Source: Octopus bimaculoides | Taxonomy: Eukaryota | DNA length: 64,000 bases | Assembly (NCBI RefSeq): GCF_001194135.2 | Contig: NC_068981.1 | Span: forward strand, 50,745,126 to 50,809,125 | Direction of reading: 5' to 3' | In this document: one piece after another, positions 1 through 13,198 of the stretch | Numbering within the stretch: position 1 is the first letter of the stretch | How the letters are laid out: the number at the start of each line of letters is the position of its first letter | Notes under the pieces: generated by a model | The model's input: the letters and a program-made list of their open reading frames with translations, nothing else | What the model was told of the DNA's origin: nothing | The model's database searches: none | Translations under genes and position numbers: made by a program

Positions 1-93
1 GTGTCTTGATCAAGGTCACAACACGCAGCCTGGTCTGCGAATCGAACTCACGATCGTATGCCCGACGCTCTAACCACTGAGTCATGCGCCTTC
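1..93 (-). mobile_element. tRNA-derived SINE 5' head (cut by window edge)
   Basis: Reverse strand reads TGAAGGCGCATGACTCAGTGGTTAGAGCG...GAGTTCGATTCGCAGACCAGGCTGCGTGTTGTG...CAAGACAC; Pol III A/B-box-like motifs; same family as 1494-1835. Confidence 0.8.
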
Positions 94-239
94 ATAGATA
101 TATGAATACATATATATATATATGTGTGTGTGTGTGTATGTGTGTGTTTGTGTGTGTGCGTGTGTGTGCGTGCGTGTGTGAGTGTGTATGTGTTTGTGTG
201 TGTGTGTACATTTATCAATATATCTTTTTATTGTTATTC

Positions 240-430
240 CTTTATTTGCTTCAATCATTTTACTGCAGCCATGCTGGAGCACCCCCTTTAGTGGAGCAAA
301 TCGACCCCAGGACATATTATTTGTAATCTTAGTAATTATTCTATCGGTTTTCATTGCTGAACCGCTAAGCTACGGGGACGTAGATACCAGCATCAGTTGT
401 CAAGCTATGTTGCAGAGACAAGCACACAAC
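240..430 (-). mobile_element. SINE 3' half (family with internal microsatellite)
   Basis: Reverse complement aligns by eye with the 3' half of the full copy at 56053-56415 (GTCCCC..TAGCGGTTC.GC....ACCGATAGAATAA.TACT). Confidence 0.75.
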
Positions 431-434
431 CATA

Positions 435-501
<67 letters not shown>

Positions 502-536
502 NNNNNNNNNNNNNNNNNNNNNNNNNNNNNNNNNNN

Positions 537-583
<47 letters not shown>

Positions 584-585
584 TG

Positions 586-905
586 TGGAGGCGTAATGGT
601 CCAGTGGTTAGGGCAGAGGACTCGCGGTCTGAGGATCGCAGTTTCGATTCCCAGATCGGGCGTTCTGTGTGTTTATTGAGCGAAAACACCTAAGGCTCTA
701 CGAGGTTCCGGCAGGGGGTGGTGGCGACACCTGTTTTACTGTTTCGACCCAACTTTCTCTCAGTCTTTATTCCTGCTTCTTAAGTAACGCTGCGATGGAC
801 AGGCGTCCCGTCCAGTTGGGAGGAAGACATACGCCTTAGAAACCGGGAAACCGGGCCCATGAGCCTGGCTAGGCTTGAAAAGGGTGCATAAATAACAAAA
901 AAATA
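586..905 (+). mobile_element. tRNA-derived SINE, near full length, with Meta/V-like central block
   Basis: A-box-like TGGTCCAGTGG 597-607, B-box-like GTTTCGATTCC 641-651, central TGCGATGGACAGGCGTCCCGTCCAG...GAAACCGG, A-rich end; superfamily name is from memory. Confidence 0.8.
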
Positions 906-910
906 GATGT

Positions 911-947
<37 letters not shown>

Positions 948-950
<3 letters not shown>

Positions 951-1110
951 TCGACGCGCTTGTTACAGTTTCCATCTACAAAATACACTCGCAAAGCTTT
1001 GGTCGTCCCGTTGCTACAGTAGAATACAATTGCCCAAGATGCCAAGTAGTGGGTCTGAACTCGGAACCATGTGGCTGGTAAGCAAGCTACTTACCACAGA
1101 GACACTCCTG
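948..1110 (-). mobile_element. SINE 5' half (same family as 240-430 and 56053-56415)
   Basis: Reverse complement of GTAAG.AGCTTGCTT.CCA.CCACATGGTTCCG.GTTCAG.CCCACT...GGCA.CTTGGGCAA...TTCTACT. Confidence 0.75.
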
Positions 1111-1392
1111 CGCCTATGTATGTATGCATGTATGTATTAACGTGTGTAACTATTTGTGAGCGGGCGTGCGTGTGTCTGTGTTTGCATGTCGTACTACTAA
1201 ATAAAAGAAATCACGTATTGACTGAAGTATATACAACTAGTAAATTTTCGTGGCAGAATAAATATTGAATTACGATCTAATTGTTATGTGACAATATATT
1301 ACTTTATATTTCATATCTAGCACATAGATACTTCTATCATTGGGAGAGTAGATAGCAGTAGAATTTGCTAGATAACGTCAATATAGTATACT

Positions 1393-1835
<443 letters not shown>

Positions 1836-2329
1836 CATATATATGCATATACATAAATAAATATATAAACTTATGTATGTATATGCATACATAGATATAT
1901 GCATGTATATGTATATATGTGTGTGTTTGTGTGTGTGTGTGTACACATATTCGTGCCTTTCGAATTTTGTCTTTTATGAAGAAGACTTCGATAGCATGCT
2001 TTCAGATCTAGTTCTGGGTGTGAATCAATCAACTATAATATTTGTCTTTATGTGATATCTTTTATTAATATTAGAAACAAGATGAATTTGGCTGATGACT
2101 GATTTATTCTCGAGTCGGTCACATTAATATAAATCATTACGTCTCTTTGCATCTAATAAGTCTGGCTCCTCGTCATTTGCCCCTTCTTATCTGGTTCCTT
2201 AAATAGTTCCACTTGTCTCTGATCAGTTAGCTTAAATTATAATAGTTAGAAAACCATTAGATTAAGACATTCATTGATATATTGAAGTACATATTCTATA
2301 GTAAGATTTATACGACCCACAGAAATATA

Positions 2330-2585
2330 GTGCTCATATTCACAAATAAAAAGAAAACAATTATCAACGATCTTTACCTAGTCATGGTTACATACGGTCG
2401 GTTTTCTGGATATTCTGATTCATATATTCTAACACATCTTCCCACTTGACGAGACACCGGTCTGAAGCATGATTACCCATTTTTGTCGGTTGAGTGAACT
2501 GGAGAAATTAGGTCATTTTCACATGAACTCAACGCATCACCCGGTCCAGGAATTGAAACCACAAACTTACGATCATGTGGGCATC
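2330..2585 (-). mobile_element. degraded SINE
   Basis: Reverse complement of the head/body seen at 49213 and 59365 (CAACGCATCACCCGGTCCAGGAATTGAAACCACAA on plus). Confidence 0.55.
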
Positions 2586-2640
2586 TCATTAAACATATAT
2601 CTGCAATAACATATTTGTAATTATGCAGTTTCAGAAAGGA

Positions 2641-3235
2641 ATGCTAGAAAAGGAGACAGAAATATTGTTAGTAGCAGCACAAGTACAGGCATTGAGAACA
2701 AACTGAATAAAGGCTTAGCAAAGCAACAATCGGGTAGACTGACATTGTATATTATGTAAATCAAAGGAAGGAAGTTTTACTCTTATAGTTAGTGAATGTA
2801 GCGTGCTGGCACAGAAGAAATACGATAAAAGACATGACACTCCACGGAATGTAATCTAAGTTTTGACCATACTGATGAATTGCATGAACGTGAACCCAAT
2901 AAAATGCTAGGAAGCAAGAAATAAAGATGTTGTGGGATTTTAACATTCAGGCAAGCAGCCGAATAGAAGTTAGTATAGTAGAAGTCCCTATATAGCAGTA
3001 GTAGACAAAGAGAATAGAAGACGACAGACAATTGACTCTAGTCTCAGACAATGGGTAAGTCAATATGAGAGGTATAGAGAAGCACAAGGACGTAGCTTCT
3101 GATTTATATAGGCTATGGATAATGCAGATAAAATGTAAGCGTTTACTTATAGGTTAGAGGACAATTCTTTGTTAAGCGAAGACCGAGAAAACGGTATTAT
3201 TAGCGACATCTTGGATACTTGGGAAGCTTCTTCGC
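2641..3235 (+). mobile_element. R4/Dong-like (RLE-type) non-LTR retrotransposon, decayed 3' coding region
   Basis: Frame-hopping translation gives LEKETEILLVAAQVQALRTN, IVSECSVLAQKKYDKRHD (zinc knuckle), MLWDFNIQ and VVDKENR, the order seen at the C-terminus of R4/Dong ORFs. Confidence 0.8.
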
Positions 3236-3321
3236 ACCTAAGATTACATGCTGTACCCCTATGTTACGAACTTCTTTCTTCCAACAGCTTCATGTGCTGT
3301 GTGGAAATGAAATGTTACTCA

Positions 3322-3445
3322 TACTACTACTACTGCTGCTGCTGCTGCTACCACTACTACAACTACTGATATTACTATTACTGATGATGATGATGATGAT
3401 GATGATGACGACAACGACGATGATGACGACGACGACGACGACGAC

Positions 3446-3487
<42 letters not shown>

Positions 3488-3510
3488 AATGATAATTGAA
3501 ATAATAATAA
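3322..3510. repeat. compound trinucleotide microsatellite (TAC/TGC/GAT/GAC)n
   Basis: Directly visible; explains the poly-M/T/I/S/H ORFs in the track. Confidence 0.95.
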
Positions 3511-4248
3511 GTACAATAGAAATAAATATAAGTAGTAACTTGGATAACAATGTTAATAACGTCGCCACAATCCGAAACTTCGGCGAAATTCGTCATTTCA
3601 AGATTTCAAATAAGATTTCACATAGTACGGTGATTTAGTATTTAATATTCATATTTATATTTTACTTATATGCTTGTGTGGTACATGTCCATCTGTACTT
3701 CGCAAATATGAGTAAGGCTAAAATAAATGCCGCATTTTCAGACATTGTATTCAGATTTCCACTTTATTTGAAATATTTTATATCATTTTACAAATAATCC
3801 CCTCCTAATATTGCCAACTGCAGGTTTCATTATTTGGGAAATATATTGCACATATGTTTCTATAAATATTGTTATATTTCCGATTTCCATTACGAAGCCG
3901 TAGCAATAAAGCTTCAATGAATGTATAATGCCATTAATTTGACATATTTCATAATATATGGCGAATCCTGGTGAATGTTGATTCCCCTTCTCATATAATA
4001 TCTCCAATGCCTGAAACGGGTGGAACATAAAGAGTGGATGTCTGTGTGGGCGTACATGTTCTGCATGCATTATAAACACACGAAAATAGTGGACAAAATG
4101 CCAATGCTCAAATGGTTCATATGTTATTATTCTCCTCCAACAAACTTTAAAAAACCGAAGTGAAATAAAAATGCTCACACACACATATGTACATACATAT
4201 ATACANNNNNNNNNNNNNNNNNNNNNNNNNNNNNNNNNNNNNNNNNNN

Positions 4249-4288
<40 letters not shown>

Positions 4289-4378
4289 CATATGTATGTG
4301 TGAGCATTTTTATTTCACTTCGGTCGTTTTTTTTATATATATATATGGTGTGTGTATGTATGCAAGTTTGTATGTTCG

Positions 4379-4381
<3 letters not shown>

Positions 4382-4412
<31 letters not shown>

Positions 4413-4446
4413 TGTATGTATGTATGTATGTATGTATGTATGTATG
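4382..4446. repeat. (TATG)n microsatellite
   Basis: Directly visible. Confidence 0.95.
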
Positions 4447-5990
4447 AACATAGGTTTGTACACAAATACATACGATGCTTGAAAAATTGGAATATAAAAC
4501 CGTGTTCGTTTGTACTCAGTTCGGTGCTGAGCGAAACATTATACTCTGGTTCTATTTCTATTCACAATTTAACATGTCTTTGATAAACTCATACAAGACG
4601 TCACGTTTCATTATTTTCTTCATTGTATATGTAAATATTCTCCAATTTGAAATGCCTTTTTTTAAATGACAATTCGGGATCATTTCACTTATATTTCTCG
4701 CAGGCGCAGTGATCATCAATAGTGTATCTCATTGTCCTCGGTAGTAGTTCGCTCATTTAAATGATGTTATTTATCTTTTTGATAACGGCAAATATATTGC
4801 CGATATACGAGAGCTATTTCATCTAGATTTGAATGTATCTTATATTTGTTTTTAGCTTTCGAAGAACTATAAAACCTTTTCATCGGGAATATAAATTTAC
4901 GTATAGTTTACTGATACAAAATTTGTATGATTGTGTAAACTACTGATTGTAGTGGAAAGTGTAATATTTGAATGATATCGAAAATTTAAAAAAAGAGAAG
5001 CAATAAAACTTCAAAAATTGAATATTTTTTTTTAATGTTGGCCAATACACGTAATATATATATGCTGCTTATTGTAAACATCATTAGAACTACGATGGAC
5101 ATAGCAATGGAACTGACAGAAATGTTAAGTCATCGTTATGCACGTAATTTCCAAGGATTTTTCAAATATGAAGAGGTAAAATACACCCAAAATTTATTGA
5201 AGGAAACTTCCTTCGGGAGGAAAATATATTGGATAACTATAATTCTGGGAGGATGTATTTAATGCAACCACAATATCAAAGAGGTAATGATATTACACGT
5301 GGGAAATATGTTCAGAACCACCACGCTACCCGAGATTTTTAAAAAATATATTCCCCCGTTTAAATCATCCACCAATTAAATCGTTCACTCAGAAATATCA
5401 ATATTCAGTGCCTTTAAATAGATACTACAAATCTAATAATTTACTCGACATGTAATTTTCCTTTATTCATTAATATAATGTCGAAGGGCCTTAATAGTTA
5501 GCTATAATATTAGACATAACTCGCCGTGCCCTAAGCATTATACTATGGCACAAAATGAATATTTTCGGATATTTTTGTAATTAGTTGTCTTGGCAAGTAT
5601 AAACAATATGCATATGAAATAAAGCATCATATTAATGAAATAATTCAAAGTTAATATGTTTTTAATAAACTCATGATTGTAGTGTAAACCAATTTGACAC
5701 AACAACCGGCCCTTGAGTCATTTTCGTTATTCTATCCGTAGTAGTGGTATTCAAATACTTTTCTATCCTGGTGGAAGTGATTCCTTTGCTACCGCGTATT
5801 ACCTTCCATGTGTTCATAGAATTTATCAACATAAGTATCGAATGAATATATTCTTTCATTGCTATCTTGCCGTTTTATTTTACTATAGTACTTAACTCCG
5901 AAATCACTCCAACAAAATTTTCCCAAAATATTTTCTTCTTACATACATACATACGAACATACAAACATGCATACACACACACTATATATA

Positions 5991-6024
<34 letters not shown>

Positions 6025-6763
6025 AGCATGTTCTTTTATTTCACATTGCTTTTTTTAAAGTTTGTTGGAGTAGAATAATAATATATGAACCATTTGAGCA
6101 TTGGCATTTTGTCCACTATTTTCGTGTGTTTATAATGCATGCAGACCTGTCCCAAAATATTTTCTTCTTTCTGAATTACATGAACTGCTGATTTCTTTTT
6201 AGTCTGTGATGGTATAAACTCACTTGTTTTCATATTTGCCTGAAATAGATTATGGAAAATATCTTTAAGATGTATGTATCAACAACGGCTTCCTTTTTTC
6301 TGACATACTGTTCTCACCTGAAGATCGGTTCTCACTACGTAGACTAGGTACAGGTAGCTTATGGCAGGTTAGCACCGGAGAGATAGATGATAAAAGATTG
6401 ATATATATGATAACAAATAGATTGCTGTCAATTTATAACTGTAAAGTGTTTGTTGACTAACAATTGAGGAACGGTCAGATATTTTTCGCTCCATCTTAAA
6501 TGATGTTGTTCCTTCGCCGAATCCTTCAACCCACAGTGGTATCCAGATCTTTCAAAGTGTTATTTAATAATTTTCTATAACATTATAGTAACGTCTGACC
6601 TTGAATAATCTTGAACAGATAGAGTCTCGTCAGCAATTTTGCATTGTGTTCGTATATAAATAATCTACTATAATGATATACACTGATACTGTTACATCAT
6701 CTTCTCATCGCTGAAATACTTGACCACCTAATATTCGATATTCGTCCAAAGCGGCAAGCTGGC

Positions 6764-6960
6764 AGAACTGTTAGTAGGCCGGGCAAAATGTTTCGCGGCA
6801 TTTTGTCTGTATTTGCATCCTAAGCTTATATTCTGCCGAGATGAACTTCGCCTTTTATCCTTTCTATGTCGATAAAATAGAGGCTAGAATACTGGGTCGA
6901 TGTAATCGATATACCCACTCCCCCGAAATTGCTGCCTTTGTGCCAAATTTTGAAATCAAT
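6764..6960 (+). mobile_element. SINE, second family (Nin/Deu-like central block)
   Basis: GGCAAGCTGGCAGAACTGTTAG head, then GAACTTCGCCTTTTATCCTTTC..GTCGATAAAAT...GGGTCGATGTAATCGA shared with 38135 and 57975 copies; domain name from memory. Confidence 0.7.
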
Positions 6961-7506
6961 ATTAGATATCTCTCCCAAACTACACCGAGGAATGGTCTAA
7001 AATTTTTGCAGTTTGAATCAAAATGGAAAGCATATTCTACGGAATATATTCATCGTGGGAAAGAAAAGAGTATTTTGATGAAGAAAAAGAATCGGTACTT
7101 GATCTGAACGCTTGTCAAATTGGAGCACAAACATTAGGCGTACAGTAGAGATTACACATTATTCACAAGTTGCAATGCATCACATGAAGATTATGGAGGA
7201 ATATTTATTACAATTTGCTAGTATGAATAAGAAGTGCCAAAATCGCAATTCATACAACGTTAACATCGTTAAGACGCCAATAACAACGCATAAGTTTGAA
7301 ATGATTTATAGCGTATAAAATTATGGTTAAGAAAATAAAAAAAACTAAAAGAAAACGTGCAGATAAGAGTTTCAACATACAAAATCTACGTAGTGAAAAA
7401 TTTTCCCTTTAAGACAATGTCTCACCTTGAATGAAGTAAGAAAATGATATATATCACTTTCAAGGAAATCACAATATATAAAGCATAAACATACAGAAGG
7501 GCTCAA

Positions 7507-7509
<3 letters not shown>

Positions 7510-7573
<64 letters not shown>
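7510..7573. repeat. (TA)n microsatellite
   Basis: Directly visible. Confidence 0.95.
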
Positions 7574-7577
<4 letters not shown>

Positions 7578-8187
7578 TACATACGGAATTTGAGGAAGCA
7601 ATATTCCCATAAGTGATTTTTAACAAACAATACAGATGCCAAATGGGCTTAACCGAATATATTGGTAGAACGTTCCTCAATATATATGTATAGAAAGTCT
7701 CATAAAATTAAAATGGAGAAGGAAAATATAAAAGATGCTTGGTTCATTTTATTTGTATCACAATTGGAAGAGTAATGCAAATTAAAAGATTAAAAAACAT
7801 ACCTATAAGAACAAGTATAAAAGAAACGATGTCAACAAAACACCCCAAAGATATCGAAAAATAATTCTATGTATGTTTCAATCCAACAGTATGTTTGAAT
7901 CATCAATAATTGTAATTTTTATAAATATAATAAAAAATATGCTGTTTGATCTTTTTACGAAAGTATGTATATTTTCTGTCTGGAGTTACGAAATTACGAA
8001 TTTGAGGACTATGTTTATGAAATTTCAAGTATAAACAATTTACATATTAGGACGCAGAGTTCATGTGATTAGAAATTTATTATTTAAAATTTAGCTAATA
8101 GTGAACGTCAAAATTGTGCTAAAATATCAAATTTATTTGAAAAATATATCTATTGATATATTTAAATTTAAATATATATATATATAA

Positions 8188-8327
8188 ATACATACGTACA
8201 TACATACAAACATACATACATACATACATACATACATGCATACATACATACATACATACATACATACATACATACATACATGCATACATACATACATACA
8301 TACATACATACATACATACATACATAC
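8188..8327. repeat. (CATA)n microsatellite
   Basis: Directly visible. Confidence 0.95.
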
Positions 8328-10519
8328 AGTTCACTGGAAGAAAATAATGTACTCTTAGGAATAACTATGAAAATCATTGAAAATGTCTCAAGAGATTCAC
8401 CTGTTAGTACTGATAAGAAATACGGATTACCTCACCTAAAATTTGTGTACCGATTTATTTACAAAAGATCTGTGCACAAACTATCGTGGAACACCAACCT
8501 ATTATTTGTCATCAATAGCATAAGCTCAACCAGTTGAATTCGTAAATATTTTGTGTCATAACTTTCCTCTGCATTTTCCTTCTTTTGATATATTTTTACA
8601 ATTCAGCAAGCGGGATTTTTTAGCGAACACACTAATGTGATACACACACTCACTCGCGCACAAACATATAAACATACAAAACAACACACACACACACACA
8701 CATACACACACACGCACACACATATGTATGCATGCTTGGATGGAATTTAGAAATGTTTTAACGCATCACAACGCCCGTTTCTACAAATCACATGTCCGTG
8801 TTCCGGGGGATGATTACAGTGTAGTTCGTAGTTCCTGTGGACATCGGGTAGAAAACTTTCAAGGATTCATTTCTTCAGGTGATATAGCATTAATGGATGA
8901 TTAACTGAGGATTGCTTATTCCTTTTAACCAGTGAAAAGGTCGATTGAGTTACCCACATAACTCAATCAGCTTTCTCACAGTTCAGAAGCTATAAACAAC
9001 TCTTAGTTTAACTTACATTAATGCTATATCACCTCAAGAAATGAATCCATGAAGGACTGTTGTTATTATAGCCATATTTATCCTATATTTTATCGGTACA
9101 GCGCAGTACAACCCCAAAAAACAGGTTCACGATTCTGTATGATTAGTCTTTGGCCGGTAAAACGGAACAGAATCCGAGTATTCCACCTTTTGACGAAACA
9201 GTTGCAATTTTGTTCATCACCAATTTTAGAGATTCTCTTATGATCAATGAGAGGTAAAAATATTTAGATTTTTAGATTTGAATTTATACGAGGGGGTCTT
9301 TTATTCATTTATTGTTTTCCGAATTCCGAATTTTACAATCATATTTTGTAATGCAAATGATTCTATGCATATCACTAGTATAGTTGTATCATCCAGCAAA
9401 TTCCTGACGATGTTCTACAAAGAAGAATTCATCAACATACAACTGTGCTAAAAAAAGTTATGAAAACGCTAGTATTTGTTTCCTTAATAGCAGTCAGAAC
9501 GCTCACAATTCTTTTGATAACATGCGATTTTCTGATGTCGTTAATGGTATGAATTATCGAGAAAATATGTTTCTTTTAAAAATCATATAGTATTATATAT
9601 GTAATTCATGTAGAAGACAGTAAATATTGATGAACTTGTCGATTATTTCTCTCGTGATTATTAGGTTATGATGTAATATCTAGCCACTGAATATCGTTTG
9701 TTTGTGATATTTCCCGACGAGAACCAATAAATTTTAAATATTTCATTTGAAGAAACATCCATGAACTGTATACAATATTTATTTATGTACATTACAATTC
9801 TTGTTTTATAAAGAATTGATTCCACCATATTACTGACGGTGGGGTGAGAACAGCAGGGAAAAATATTCACGGGGAAATATTATAGGCTTTTTGACGTTTC
9901 CATTTCCTGAGTTATATTAACTTCATTTAATTTATGATACTAATAGGGATACAGAAAACGAATAAGCAACTTATATCAAAAACATAACTAAAATGTAATA
10001 TACACGTTGTAATTATTACTAGACAAAACAAACGTATCCAGATATATTGTTCCCAGGAATTTATTTGAAATATGTATGTCAAAAAAAAGAAAATGTTTCA
10101 TACAAACTTTTGCAATTTTATTTAATATTGCAATGTTGATATGAAAAAAACTGAGATTAGGTTTTGACGTTAGATTGAAATGTTGGTATTGACATTTGCC
10201 CAGTGTTACTTGAATTTAGTTTGTTGTATATATAATGTATAGTTTTTGAACACTCTGTTATTGGTTATTTATTCAGCTTGGCTGCGTATGCGTCAATTTT
10301 ATTGTGCTCTGACACGCTTGCATATATTTTCTAGACGTACACACATATTTACATAAAGATCCTCTCTTTACTAGCTTCCAATGCAGCCAACAAATATTCT
10401 AGAAAGTTTAGCAACATACTTCGAAATATACCATTAATTTCTTCGACCAAGAAGCTGCTTTGACTAATATTAATTTTTGTCTTTTCTATTACCTCTTACT
10501 TATTTCAAACATTAAATTT

Positions 10520-10815
10520 TAGGCATGATGGGGCACGTCCTTCAGGAATTTTATTCGAACGAATCAACCCATGTACGTTTTCTTAAGCCTGGTACTTATT
10601 CTAACGAAATATTTTGCCGAACTGATAGGTTACACACCAACGTAAACAAATTAACACTGGTTGTCAAACAGTGGTGCTGGGATAGACACGATCACACGCA
10701 TGCACACACGCATATATATATATTACGGGCTTCTTTCCATTTCCGTCTACCAAATGCACTCACAAGACTTCGGCCCGAGGCTATAGTAGAAGGCACCTGG
10801 GCAAGGTGCCACTCG
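10520..10815 (-). mobile_element. SINE (internal-microsatellite family), both halves
   Basis: Reverse complement has head (GGCACCTTG...TTCTACTATAGCCTCGGGCCGA...GGTAGACGGAAA), short internal repeat and tail, as at 56053-56415. Confidence 0.75.
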
Positions 10816-12807
10816 TCTTTATTCTCTTAATTAATCAGTTAATTGATCATATTTTTCGAGTGGCCACAACTCAGATACATTTTTCTTTATGTACAAAAAG
10901 AAATACAGAATCATTCTCTCTCGATTGTCTTTTCTCAGTATATCTTCTCAGTAATGAATGGCACAATTTTAAAATCATTGTCTATAATTGTATCCTACTT
11001 CTATTGATAATCGTTTACACGAGTGTGTGCTGTAAGTTTCTTGGCTCTAAGAGCTTCGCGAAATGCCTTGTTGGTGGCACAAGCTTCCTAGCTCTTAGCA
11101 AAACTGAAGGACCGCTGCAATAAGTTTGAGAGGGGAATACGTTGAATAAAATCATAATTAACTGATCCTCATATATTTTCTTTTACCTAGACCTAAGAAT
11201 GTTTCACCACAACACTTCGTAAAGTAGGCACAAAGCTGTGCATTTGGGCGTAGATTTAGTTGATTAAACCAACCGCAGTAATTTTCTAGCAATTTCAACG
11301 ATCGAATCAATTGCAAAGTTAAATTACATAACAACCCGCGACATTCACAGTATTTTTTTGCCAGTTTTGTCACTGATGACAGCCATGTTATTGTAATCAT
11401 CATTGAGAAGAACTTGATTTCTATGACAGTTGCCAGCACACGATTCGGTGCATTAAATGTTACAACTATATTGATACAACTATACCTAGAGCACTTATGG
11501 TATATATAATATCAGTTTTCCACCGTCACATTAAGTTTTGGAAATAAAGTTAGAGAAACAACACACTTCTTATACGTTGATGTAACTACTTTTCATGCAA
11601 TGAGTTTCCAGTTCCAGCTTATATTTTGGATATATTTGAAGATCTAATTCCAAACCCAATATCCATTTCCCCTCCTCGCATTTATTAATTAGTTAATTTC
11701 AATACTGCAGCTTTACGAAAAAGATAAAACAAAAAAATGTAACTAATTTCGTCTCATTCCCTGAGCACGAAAGCAGCTATCTTTGATGGCTGCAGATAAG
11801 ATAACCTATGAAAAAGATTAGATATCAATCATTAAATGTTAACTCTAAGTCCTTTGCATAGTATTGGTTTGTTGTCGTTGTCAGGATAAATCTCGATAAA
11901 CATTAAGCAGGTAACTACTCTAAATTAATAGATTACGTTGTCTCTAAATTTAATAAGCCTGGCGGAACAGGAGCATTAATTATATCACCAGTCACTTAGA
12001 TTGCAATTCTGAAAACTTTCGTAATCTAATCGAAGAGTAAGAAGAATTATTTCATTGGTTTGCACTCAGGATGACAGGGAGGTACAAGGATAGATAAATT
12101 ACATACATGATGGTCGTTCTGTGATAGATTAGGCAATATATTTGAATGACAATTATTCTCTGATCATATAACGAATTAAAAGAGTTAGTGCTGTGTTTGT
12201 TTTCATAACAAAATAGCGGATCATTGAATAATTAGAGAGGATAGTGGAAACTCAGGTTTCCAAATATATCTAAAAATTGAAGCTACATCAGCAAGTACAT
12301 TCAACGATATACTTTACTTCTGAAATGTAATTTGAATCTCTAATGATATTAGGATAGAGTTTACGATATATACGAATGTGTATGGAATACCTCCAAAAGA
12401 TGGAATCGATAATGCGATATTGGTGATGTGTTTAGAAACTCTGCTCAAAGTACAAAGTACCTCCTAGAAAGAAAATAACATTTAAACACAAGAATGCATA
12501 TTCTTTTTTTAATTTAGATACTCAAGCTAGTACAGTGGGAGAATGAAATAAAAATAAGACTACACAGAATGTGGTAAAGAATGTGTACAGTTGCTACAAA
12601 CGTTTGCCATGGCAAAACTATCTGGAAATATCATAGAAGGTTGAAAAGAACAAATAGTATTGCGTCGAAGGTTACAGATAACAAACCCGCTACTCATACA
12701 ATATACCAGGAATTCCAACAAAACCTGACTTGATATCATAATGATGATGTTTATGGTGAGGATGATAATCTTCCAATATGATAATGAGTGTAGTGGTTTT
12801 ATATATT

Positions 12808-12867
<60 letters not shown>

Positions 12868-12943
12868 CATATAATATATATATATACATTATATATATAT
12901 ATATATATATTTTTTTTTATATATATATATATATATTATATAC

Positions 12944-12975
<32 letters not shown>

Positions 12976-13198
12976 GTCTGAATTCACGCAGTAGAAGGTA
13001 GGGAGAGAAAGAATAGTATAATTGAAGGAAGAGGAGAGAAAATAGTAATTCAGTGAAGGGGAAGTAGTGAGAGTAATAGCCATGACTTTGGGGGCGTGAG
13101 AGAAAGTAACAGCACCGAGAGAGAGAGAGAGAGAGAGGGTGGGGAGACTAAGACAAGAGAATGAAATTGAAGTAGAATAAAATGTTTGCAGAGAGCGA

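Noticed and set aside
586-660. tRNA-like sequences here and at 1494-1565 as tRNA genes
   Set aside because: A and B boxes are present but no closed acceptor stem is apparent, and each continues into a SINE body
11158-11439. Minus ORF containing LENYCG and CC, reminiscent of an insulin A chain
   Set aside because: Cys spacing and order do not fit the insulin pattern (CC follows rather than precedes LENYC); likely chance
12560-12790. Hydrophobic minus ORF as a membrane-protein exon
   Set aside because: It starts in a TA microsatellite, and no family motif or splice sites support it
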